In this document: one piece after another, positions 1 to 9,000 of the stretch
Numbering within the stretch: position 1 is the first letter of the stretch
Layout of the letters: every line of letters starts with the position of its first letter
Assembly (NCBI GenBank): GCA_963729625.1
Contig: CAVSOU010000008.1
Span: forward strand, 192,001-256,000
Origin: an uncultured bacterium
Lineage (GTDB): Bacteria > Chloroflexota > UBA5177 > JANWHV01
DNA: 64,000 nucleotides
Direction of reading: 5' to 3'
Notes under the pieces: model-generated
Databases searched by the model: none
What the model was told of the DNA's origin: nothing
Seen by the model: only the letters and a program-made list of their open reading frames with translations
Program-made: the position numbers and the translations under genes

Positions 1-380
1 GTCGCGGTAGCATTTGCCGCAACTTTAGTGGCGGTGGCATTTGCCGCGGCTTTGGTGGCGGTAGCGTTCGCGGCAACTTTAGTGGCAGTGGCATTCACGG
101 CAACCTGGGTAGCGGTGGCATTCGCGGCAACCTGGGTAGCGGTGCCATTCGCGGCAACCTGGGTAGCGGTGGCATTCGCGGCAACCTGAGTGGCGGTGGC
201 ATTCGCGGCAACCTGGGTGGCGGTGGCATTCGCGGCAACCTGGGTGGCGGTGGCATTCGCAGCGTCGGCGGTGGCGGTGGCATTCGCAGCGTCGGCGGTG
301 GCGCTGGCATTCGCGGCAACCTGGGTGGCGGTGGCATTCGCCGCGGCGGCCGAGGCGGTAGCGGCCGAGGCGACCTGGGT
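1..380 (-). repeat. Coding tandem repeat, 27-bp unit encoding ANATATQVA and variants
   Basis: Unit gcggtggcattcgcggcaacctgggtg repeated about a dozen times with variants, continuing past the window edge. Confidence 0.95.
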
Positions 381-3300
381 ATTCTTTGCGTTCACAGTAG
401 CCAGAATGTTCACGGTCGGATAGAAGGTCGCCAGCGGCGGCAAAGTCGACGTAGCAGTGGCGGTCGGGGCACCAGGAACATGCGTGGCGGTGGGCGTGGC
501 AGTGGGATAGCTGCGGATCACTATCTTGATTGGTACGGTCGTGGGCTTGGGCGGGATTGGCGTCGGCGTGGCCACCACTCGCGTGACGATCGTGCCGGTC
601 ATGGCGCCCGGAAGGTGCAGCCGCGCGACTTTCAGCGTGATGGTCCGCAGGGCCGACTGGCCGTCGGGCGCGGTGGCCTGCAGGGAGATGTGGTGCGTGC
701 CAAGCGAGAGGTTGCTCGTGGCCACCACGGCCCCGTAGCCGAGGAAGCCGTCGCGATCGGAGGTCCATGCCAGCTGCTTGCCGCTCAGCATGCCGGCACG
801 CGGATCGATCGCGAGGCCGGCCAGCGTCACCAGGGTCACGGGCGGCACCGTAGTGCCGTCGCCGGGACTGACCACGCCGATGCTGGGTGCACGCATCGCG
901 GAATGATAGGGTCCGGCGGTCCTGACCACGCTATCGAAGCCGTTGGAAGTGGCCACCCGCAGCAGGAAGCTGCCGCCACACGGCGTCGAGGGATCGAGTG
1001 CAAGAGATGTTGCCTTGAGATCTACCGCGAGCGATTGGTAGGTGGCGCCGCCGTTGCAGCTCAGCGCTATGTCATAGGGGTCCGAATCGCCTGACTTTCC
1101 AGGCACCGTCCAGGCAAGCGTGAGTGGCTTGCCCGCGGGGACGGAGAATCCCGCCTCGCCCGGCACGATGCTCATCGCGGGTGGCACTGCCGGTCTGCCC
1201 ACAACCGCGAGCACGGTGTTGTGTCCTTTACTTGTCTTGACCAGCAGCATCTGCTTCGCGCCCGGCTTGAGCGGAAGCTCAAAACTGAACGAGAGCCAGC
1301 CGGGATTGGACCGATTCGAGATCTCCCGCAGCACGACGGTCTGCACAGCCAGAATCGAGCCGGTGCCGGAGACAAGCACTCCGAGCAGCTCGGGCACGGA
1401 CGGCGCATTGAGCGCGATCGGCCTGGGCGACGTGAACATGGGGAATAGCGTCAGCGGCCCGGCATTGGAGATCGTCGGCACGGTCTTCGCTGTGGCCGAC
1501 ACACCGGGAGCGAAGACGCCCGAGATCTCCATGTAAGGCGAGGCCGGAGCGCCAAGGCTGCTGCCAGGACGACTGGAAGCGGACCGCAGCGCCGCCGGCA
1601 TGGTCTGGAGAGCGGCCGTATTGGACGCAGCATGTGATGCACCAGCAAGACCGGCGATCTGAGCCGACGTCAGCATGCCCTGCGAGCGCTTGCAGAAATC
1701 CGCGGCAGTGTCACCGGTTGGGGCGCCAAGTCCCGACAGGGTGAAAAAGGCGCGACAGTAGTTGATCGTGGAGATCCAGACGCCCAGGTCCGAGCAGCCT
1801 CCACTGCTGTCACCAGCAAACATCACATCGTGGTATTGCATCAGGCCGGCCTGCTTGCATCGCGCCGCGGGCTCCAGCCCGGCGTAGGGCGTATGAGCCA
1901 CAGGGTCTTTGACGACGGCTTGGCCCAGCGCGTCACGAGCGGCATTCCAGCTCGTGGCGCTGCCACGGGTGGGCGATGTGTCAAACGCCAGCGGGCGCGT
2001 ATCCGTCGCATTGGCGCTCTTGATCGTGGTATCCGGCGCTCCCGCGCATGTCAGCGCAAGGCCGCCCTCGCAGAATGGCCACGATTCGCCCCGCTCGCCG
2101 GCGACATTGCCCGCATTCTGCAGGCCGAGGTCGTGCAGAATCTCATAGGAAGTGGTTCTGGCGTCCTGCGGCGTGGCGGCAAAGGCGTGCCCGCCGATTG
2201 GCGCGGCGCCTTCGGTCGTGCCGGAGAACCTGCTGGGAAGCTGCACGTCGTAGAGCACGTAGGGTGATACGGGCGGCGCGTAAGCCAGACCGGGATCGAG
2301 TGCCGCGTCCCGCAGCCAATATGCCTGCGCCGTATCCAACAAGCTTCCGTACACGTCGGCGGTATTGCAGCCGCCCACGCAGGTCGAGATGGTGGGATTG
2401 GCCGGTGTCTTCACGGCAATGGATCCGTCCGCGACGGGCATGATGCTGTTCAGCCAACCGTTGGTAAACGCGGGATCGGCTGCGCCCAGGTATCTGCCGC
2501 CCGCGGCGGACGTCCTGGTCGTGCCGATTCTTCCCGCGAAGAGGTAGGGCCGGATCTGCAGCGACGAGGTGGCAAAGAAGGTGACACCCTTTACGGTGAA
2601 GTCATTGTCGGCGGGGGCTCCGGCCGGCTCAGGAATGGCTTCCCCGGGGTTGACAACACCGCGCAGGACAACGGTGCCGGCGTGAGTCCAACTTGGCGGC
2701 AGGACGAAGTTCCAGCTCTTGGCGGGGTTGAGCCTCTGCTGGATCAGTGTGTCTTTCGGATCGAGGTTGACACGCGCTCCCGCCGTTCCCAACGGCCCGG
2801 CGACGTCGACGAGGGGTGACCCCGGCAGATCCACGCCATGCGCGTCCTTTCCATACAGCAGCGCATCTACGCCTTTTACTACCCCGGAGCCCGGTGGAAC
2901 CGTGCCGTAGAGGCGCACGACGGTGCTCTTGCCGGCGACCAGCGGCTCGCCCGCGTAGGCCTCGGACTTGCCCGGCGTGAATGGATATGGAGAGGCAAGC
3001 GCTATGTTGAAGGCCTGCGTCACCTCGAGTCCTCTGGCGGCGATGTCGACAGGCTTCGCCGCGACGTCGACCGTGACCGGGATCACATCCTTAGCAAGGA
3101 TGCCGGATGGTCCCACCAGATCTAACTCGACGACATTGTTGCCGCCATCCTGCAATAGGGCCGTCGTGGTCAGGGTCAGGGTTGGCGCGCTGCCAGCTAT
3201 CGTACCGACACCCTTGGGACTGATGCCGGCCGACGCGTGCTTGCTACCGTCCGGCCAGGTATCAATCTCGTTAACGTGATAGCCGGAGCCGAAGCTGGGC

Positions 3301-3581
3301 GCGTGAACGCGCGCCACGATGTCGGCCGCGGCGTTGGTGAGCAGCGCCCCGTCTGCCGGTCGGAGTATGGTGATCGAGGGAGTGAAGCGCGCTGCCGAGG
3401 AGGCCGGCGCCTCGGCACGAGCAGTAGCAACGCCCTGTCCGCTCGCCGCTCCTGGGGCAAGCCACGATGTAGCCGACTGCAGAGTCTGGCGCACGGGGTT
3501 GAACGTGGAACCGAGAACGACCACGACCAACAGCCATCGACATGCTGCCCAGCGAGTGAGGCGGCCTGAGTACCGATTCAT
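1..3581 (-). CDS. Large secreted protein (partial, runs off window): Ig-like domains, degenerate M66/metzincin-like domain, Pro/Thr linker and Ala/Thr 9-aa repeats
   Basis: Not in the ORF track (no stop inside the window). Hand translation from ATG 3581 (GTG 3584 alternative; RBS GAGGAGGA at about 3591-3598) gives MNRYSGRLTRWAACRWLLVVVVLGS (signal-like), LEVTQ..LVAGKSTVVRLYG, TTSYEILHDLGLQNAG, YHDVM, WISTINY, WTSDRDGFLG, then (ANATATQVA)n. Confidence 0.85.
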   Translation of the reverse strand, partial: MNRYSGRLTRWAACRWLLVVVVLGSTFNPVRQTLQSATSWLAPGAASGQGVATARAEAPASSAARFTPSITILRPADGALLTNAAADIVARVHAPSFGSGYHVNEIDTWPDGSKHASAGISPKGVGTIAGSAPTLTLTTTALLQDGGNNVVELDLVGPSGILAKDVIPVTVDVAAKPVDIAARGLEVTQAFNIALASPYPFTPGKSEAYAGEPLVAGKSTVVRLYGTVPPGSGVVKGVDALLYGKDAHGVDLPGSPLVDVAGPLGTAGARVNLDPKDTLIQQRLNPAKSWNFVLPPSWTHAGTVVLRGVVNPGEAIPEPAGAPADNDFTVKGVTFFATSSLQIRPYLFAGRIGTTRTSAAGGRYLGAADPAFTNGWLNSIMPVADGSIAVKTPANPTISTCVGGCNTADVYGSLLDTAQAYWLRDAALDPGLAYAPPVSPYVLYDVQLPSRFSGTTEGAAPIGGHAFAATPQDARTTSYEILHDLGLQNAGNVAGERGESWPFCEGGLALTCAGAPDTTIKSANATDTRPLAFDTSPTRGSATSWNAARDALGQAVVKDPVAHTPYAGLEPAARCKQAGLMQYHDVMFAGDSSGGCSDLGVWISTINYCRAFFTLSGLGAPTGDTAADFCKRSQGMLTSAQIAGLAGASHAASNTAALQTMPAALRSASSRPGSSLGAPASPYMEISGVFAPGVSATAKTVPTISNAGPLTLFPMFTSPRPIALNAPSVPELLGVLVSGTGSILAVQTVVLREISNRSNPGWLSFSFELPLKPGAKQMLLVKTSKGHNTVLAVVGRPAVPPAMSIVPGEAGFSVPAGKPLTLAWTVPGKSGDSDPYDIALSCNGGATYQSLAVDLKATSLALDPSTPCGGSFLLRVATSNGFDSVVRTAGPYHSAMRAPSIGVVSPGDGTTVPPVTLVTLAGLAIDPRAGMLSGKQLAWTSDRDGFLGYGAVVATSNLSLGTHHISLQATAPDGQSALRTITLKVARLHLPGAMTGTIVTRVVATPTPIPPKPTTVPIKIVIRSYPTATPTATHVPGAPTATATSTLPPLATFYPTVNILATVNAKNTQVASAATASAAAANATATQVAANASATADAANATATADAANATATQVAANATATQVAANATATQVAANATATQVAANGTATQVAANATATQVAVNATATKVAANATATKAAANATATKVAANATA

Positions 3582-3695
3582 CACGCGTGCTCCTCCTCGA
3601 GCGGGGCTAATTCTCCGCACGACCATTCAGCACGGAAGGGGAAATCCTCTGTGGCTTGCCCCATTGTACGTCGCGCGAGTCTTGCCGTAGATAGG

Positions 3696-4670
3696 TCAAT
3701 TGGGCTGGGATGTTTGTTGCGCGTCGATCGCTGCCCATCCGCTTGCGTCGACACTCCAGAGCGGATAGACCGCGATGCCGGGCATCTGGCGATTGGAGAG
3801 GCGATCGCGCACGGCCGCGACGCCTGCCAGCCCAGATCGCAGATTCTCCACGCGATCGTCGAAGAAGCTGTCTCGTCCGGCAAATGCAGGCAGACCCGGT
3901 CGCACGGCGACGCCCCTTGCCGCCTGCGCCAACGCCCGGATCTGATCCGCCACGAACTCGGCGTAATCGCCCGGACGTTTCAAGCCGGTGTCGTACAGCA
4001 TTGCATCCACCTCGCCGGTCAGGACCGCCACCTGGGCATAGTATGACGCAGACCAGGGCGGCAGCGGCAGGTGCAAGTGGAAAAGCTGCTTGGCAGCCGG
4101 TGATGGCTGGATGGCCGGCCCAGCCACTGCCAGCAGGCAGCCCGGCATCGAAGCGCGGGATTGCCGGAGCAGCGCAAGAAAGGCGGGATCGCCGCTGGCC
4201 ACAGGCTCGAGGTCGTACTGCACTCCGTCGAAGCCGGCGCGGCAGAAACGGGTGGCTGCCTGCGCCAGGCCGGTGCGTACGGCGCTGCTTCGAAGGTCTA
4301 CCATGCCGTCCCAGCTCGGAAGCAACTGGCCAATCCAGGCGATCACGGTCACTGCGGGGCACGTGGCGTGCATCGACGCCACAAAGCGCGCCGCATAGGG
4401 AGATCGCGCCGCCGAGATATGGCCGGAGGCGTCCGCCGGACCCACATGTGCATACACGCTCACGATGCGGTGCGACGTGAGCTGCAGACACAGGCTGCCG
4501 ATCGCATTCTGTGTAGGGACGGTGCTCACCCAGTGATGATCGATCCAGGCAGCATTGCCGGGGATACCGCCGGGCGACGGCGCGCCGCGGCTTTCGGAGT
4601 GCCTCAGCACGATCAGGGCGCTTCCGAGGACGAAAGTCGCCAGAATGTATGCAACGATCAGCTGGCGCAA
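3696..4670 (-). CDS. Membrane-anchored or secreted GH18-like glycoside hydrolase (start uncertain)
   Basis: N-terminal hydrophobic stretch LIVAYILATFVLGSALIVL; FDGVQYDLEP resembles the GH18 DxxDxDxE motif; VDAMLYDT strand. Confidence 0.65.
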   Translation of the reverse strand: MRQLIVAYILATFVLGSALIVLRHSESRGAPSPGGIPGNAAWIDHHWVSTVPTQNAIGSLCLQLTSHRIVSVYAHVGPADASGHISAARSPYAARFVASMHATCPAVTVIAWIGQLLPSWDGMVDLRSSAVRTGLAQAATRFCRAGFDGVQYDLEPVASGDPAFLALLRQSRASMPGCLLAVAGPAIQPSPAAKQLFHLHLPLPPWSASYYAQVAVLTGEVDAMLYDTGLKRPGDYAEFVADQIRALAQAARGVAVRPGLPAFAGRDSFFDDRVENLRSGLAGVAAVRDRLSNRQMPGIAVYPLWSVDASGWAAIDAQQTSQPN

Positions 4671-4818
4671 GCAGGCGCATACCGGCTGCCCTCCCGCACT
4701 ACTGATCTTAAGAACGTGCGAGGAGCCTCGCGCGTTACGCGCCCGCCTCACGTTGTTCCGAGGGTTACTGCAGGAGAGGCCGGTGAAACTCTTTTCCGCT
4801 GCAGTCGCACGCACCAAC

Positions 4819-5130
4819 CGTTACTGGCACCTGCTGGACGGCTGGGGCAGCGTGGTCGGCCTGGTGGACGGCTCTGGCACCGAGGTGGACCAGTATGCCT
4901 ACGACCTGTGGGGCGCACCCACCCAGGTGAGCGAGAGCGTGCGGCAGCAGCTCCGCTATCGGGGCTACTGGTACGACAACGAGACAGGGTGGTACTGGCT
5001 GCGGATCCGGGCCTACGATCCCGTGCTCAAGCGGTTCATCGAACCCGACGCGAGCGGCCGGGACGGGCAGTTCAGCTACGCCTCCGCGGGGAACGACCCG
5101 ATCGACGGGAGCGACCCGACGTGGCTGGTC
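4819..5130 (+). pseudogene. RHS repeat-associated core remnant
   Basis: DGWGSVVGLVDGSG..YAYDLWG..RYRGYWYDNETGWYWLRIRAYDPVLKRFIEPD..GNDPIDGSDPTW; no upstream RHS body, and the terminal DPxG reads DPTW. Confidence 0.8.
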
Positions 5131-5155
5131 AACTACTCCATTGACTGCTCACTCT

Positions 5156-5431
5156 TTACGGCCACCGCTGCGATGTGTGTACCACACGATCAACCTCGAT
5201 TGTTTGGCCACGGATCTCGTACACGATCTTGTAGTGGTAGCGGGTTAGGATGCGTTCCCGTGTGCCGGGACCCACTCCCGTGCGACCGAGGAGCGGAAAC
5301 TGGGCCAGCCCAAGTATGGCGTCGTGAATGACCCGCACCATACGCCCGGCCGTATCGGGGTTGCGCTCGGCGTAGTGGTTGTAGACGGCATGGATGTCGT
5401 CACGTGCTGCCGGCGAGACGATGACCTCCAC
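5156..5431 (-). CDS. RelE/ParE family toxin
   Basis: 91 aa, MEVIVSPAARDDI..FPLLGR..GTRE..YKIVYEI..IEVDRVVHTSQ; directly downstream of the antitoxin. Confidence 0.9.
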   Translation of the reverse strand: MEVIVSPAARDDIHAVYNHYAERNPDTAGRMVRVIHDAILGLAQFPLLGRTGVGPGTRERILTRYHYKIVYEIRGQTIEVDRVVHTSQRWP

Positions 5432-5437
5432 GAGCGA

Positions 5438-5725
5438 CTAGGCAAGCACCTGATCAGCACCGGCATTCTCATCGCTGTCGCCGTCGGGCAGCATGCCCTT
5501 TGTTCGCAGCTCGGCCGCGAAATCAGCGAACGGAATACCCTCTCCAGCGCGGAACTGACGTTGGCCCTCCTGGATGAGTGCGATCTCATGCAAGCGCTGC
5601 TCGCCGACGAGGCGCAATGCCTCAACCATTAACTCATTGCGGGAGCGCCCGGTTGCCGCCACCAGGGTCTCATAAACATCCCGGAGATCGTTAGGTAATC
5701 GCAGACTTGTCGTCGTTGCGCCCAT
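5438..5725 (-). CDS. RHH/CopG family antitoxin
   Basis: TTSLRLPNDLRDVYETLVAATGRSRNELMVEALR ribbon-helix-helix pattern, upstream of the RelE/ParE gene. Confidence 0.85.
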   Translation of the reverse strand: MGATTTSLRLPNDLRDVYETLVAATGRSRNELMVEALRLVGEQRLHEIALIQEGQRQFRAGEGIPFADFAAELRTKGMLPDGDSDENAGADQVLA

Positions 5726-5743
5726 CGAATGCTACTCCTTGGA

Positions 5744-5770
5744 CCTTGTACTAGCTTCTCTAGTACAAGG
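5744..5770. promoter_or_regulatory. Inverted-repeat operator of the TA operon
   Basis: Perfect 11-bp arms CCTTGTACTAG-cttct-CTAGTACAAGG just upstream of the antitoxin RBS. Confidence 0.75.
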
Positions 5771-6041
5771 GTGTCAGAACTTGGGAGTCCTGTCAATGCT
5801 CGAGTGAAGGAGCATCACGCGCCGCGCGTGCAGGTGGTGCACCGCCGCAGCAGCTGAAACCATCGCGGTAACAGGACCAAGACTGTCATTTAGCCATTCA
5901 ATGTGTGAGGCAGAGTTCACTTCTGTTGTCCAATGATCCCGTGAACAGCAGCATGCCCAGCCTGAGCGAGCGGTGCCAGTAGGCCATGCCCGCTGCCGGC
6001 AACGCCCCGCTCCGCAACGGCCTGCCGAGCAGAGCCGATGA

Positions 6042-9000
6042 CTAGCGTACGGTGAAGTAGCTGCCGTTGCCGCGGCCGAATACCTCCGGGAAGTACTCTT
6101 GCTGCACGTATACCGGCAGGGTGTGGTAGACGCCCTGGGTGGTGCAATGGATCAGATAAGTGTATTGATAGCTCCCGGCCGGGAGATACGAGAGGAACAG
6201 CACCGTGCGGTTGTCGCGCAGGTCGGTGTGCGTGACATACCACGAGAGATCGCCTGTGCCCGCCGGTATCCTTGAGGTGCTGTTAATCCGGGCCAGCTGG
6301 CTGGTAGTCTGCAGACTGCTGTCCACTGCCTCAGCGCCGGCAGGCAGCGGATCCTCGAGCGTGACATAGAACAGATCCTGTGGAGCGTTCACGCGGATTT
6401 GCACGCGAATAGTACTGCCATTGGCCGCGCTCCGTCCGTCGGCAGTCAGGTATGCGCGGGTCACGGAGACACCCGCGCTGGCGGGCTTGATCCGATCGAC
6501 CGGCCGGTAATACTGGAGCCGGATCACGTAGTTTAGCGTTCCGTTGTTGGGCCGCACGTCGCGTGAAAACGCGATGGTCTGCGTGCTGCCCGCGGGTGCC
6601 GCAGCGCCAAGCGGTTCCGTGAGGGTCCGGTTCCGGGATAGGTTCGCGGAGTCTACCGCGCCCGATCCCCACAGGGATCCGTTAAGCCGGACGGTGTAGT
6701 GATAATCGGCGTTGAGCTCACCGCTGGCGAAAACATAGTCTACGAGGCCGCGCAGGCTGACTGCCGTGGCATAACTGCTTTCCCATGCGTTCGCTTTGCG
6801 CGCGGCCATTAACCAGCGCACTGCGCTCGGGATCAGCGGGCTATCCGGCTGCATCGTGGCGAGCGCGTCGACGACGGAGGCCGACGTGGCAATGTCGCTA
6901 TCCAGGCCGGCCCAATCGTAGCCCGGCTCCTCCCAGTGAACGGCGGAGCCGCTGGTTTTGGCTGCGCTGGTGAGATCCGCGAGCAGCCCGAGCACGCGGC
7001 TGTGAGCCGCGGAGTTGTCGAGCGGCACGAACACCGTCGCGAGCTCAGCCTTCGCGTAGTTGGCGAGCAGGTAGCGCACGTCGTAGAGCTGCACCGCGAG
7101 GTCGGCGATATCGCCGAACCGTCCGGCACGGGCGACCGTGTAGACGATCGACGCCTGCAGATTGGCATCGTAGTTGACGCCGGCGTTGGTGGCCGCCGGG
7201 CTCTGCAAGTTGGCAATCAGGTAGCTGACCGCGTTACCCAGTACCGACTGATTGACATCGTATCCGAGACTGCGCGCGGTGGTGAGTGCGTCCACGACAT
7301 AGACGGTGATGTAGGGGCTGGTGTACGGATCGTCGATCCACCAGCCGAAGCCGCCGTCGCCATGCTGGTTGTAGTACAGGCTGGTTAGCCGGCCGGCGAT
7401 GCCGGCAGACAGGTGCTTGCGCTCAGCGCTCGTGAGCACCGAGGCGCGCGCCGGCAGGCGCCCAAGCTCGCTCTCGCCCAGGATTTGCGACGCCAGATCG
7501 ACGCTGGAGTCGTAGGGATAACTTGCGAGGAAATCGGCGCCCACCCGCAACCCGGAGGCCAGCGTCGGCTCGAGCGTCACCGTTAGGCTGCCCTCGTTGG
7601 GCTCGACGCCGCTGGGGATTCGCACCTGCTCAAGCGTGTTGACGCCCGCCTGGCCGGACGTCGCCACGCTCTCCGAGGTGCTATTCTCCTGCACGGGCAC
7701 GGCAACCTGCACCGCATCGTTGGAAGCCGCATGGCTCGTGTCGACAGCCTCGACCAGTATGGTAGCGGTGCCCAGGGCAGTGAGCGTGATCGGCCAGGTG
7801 ACATCCAGCTCACCTCCGGCGCCGAGCTTGACGATCCTGTCGCCGGCAACGGCTGGCGTCAGGCCCGGCGGAGCATCTGCCAGCAGCAGGCGCAGGTGGG
7901 CGGTGATGGACTTGTTCAACGAGTTGTTGATGGTCGCGCCGACGCGGGCCTTGTCGCCAAGGTCGAAGAAGCGCGGCGCGATGGGCCGCAACAACAGGTC
8001 CTTGGTGGCCATCACGCTGTTCGAGGCGGCACCGACCAGCGTGGCAGTGGTAATGCCCTGACCGAGGATCTTCCAGGTGGTAATGTTGTCGGGCAGCGGT
8101 ACGCTGATGGTTGTATTGCCATCAGCGTCCGTTACCACCGCGGCATTCCAGTAGGCAGTGTCCTGGAAGTTCTGGCGGACGCTTGCCGCCGGGACCAGCG
8201 AGCTGCCGGCCGCGGACTTGGCGGCAAACGCTTGCCCAGGTACAGATATGGCCCCGTTGGCGGCGTGCGCAGGGACCGGCGCGGCAAGCTGCCCGCCCGC
8301 GCCATCCGTGGCGAAGTGCTCCACGTTGGAGGAAAGCACCCGCCTGGTCAGCAGTTGTTCGGGACTGAGGTTGAGCGTATCGGACGTGGTCACTCCCAGC
8401 TCGCGATCGCCATAGAAGGTGTCCAGGAAGTCGCTGCCGCTTCCGCTGTCGCCGGTGAGAGCGAGGTTTGCCTCGTCGACCAGGCTCAGGCCGATCTGCG
8501 CCCGCGCCGGCTTGCCGTTGCGATCGACCGCGTGGATCGTGATCGGAATGGTTTGCCCCGGGGCGACGCGCGATCTTGCCGGTGTCACGCTGATCCGGAG
8601 CGTGCGCTCAGCGGTGTCCACGTGGATGCGCGCGTAGCCGAGGCGCCAGTCAGGCGGGGCTCCGCCGGCCGTGGATCCGCGCTCGACCACCACGCTGATA
8701 TACGTATCCGGCAGATAGGAGGAGTCGACCGGGACGTCCAGGATCGTGGTTGTGCCGACGAGCCGGCGAACGCTGTAGCTCAAGATGCGCCCGCGCTCGA
8801 CCGTGATCAGCGCGGTCGCGTTCGCGTACGGCGTGGTGACCAAGATGTGCGCGACATCGCCGCTGTGGTAGGTGCGCTTGTCGGCGACCAGGCGAATATG
8901 GCCCTGTTGTTGGGCGCCCCAGTCGATAGGCTTCTCACCGCCGGAGTATATCTCCACCGAGCTCTCGGCCCTGTTGCCGTACGTGTCGTGGGCTAGAGCT

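Noticed and set aside
1-768. ORFs 79..768, 95..337 and 190..423 with CRECH or MPPP repeats; also the 27-bp repeat as a CRISPR array
   Set aside because: These are alternative frames of the coding repeat in the long minus-strand gene. The units are contiguous with no unique spacers.
4555-5331. 258-aa ORF as an intact RHS toxin
   Set aside because: Both ends overlap real opposite-strand genes, and only the middle portion is RHS-like.
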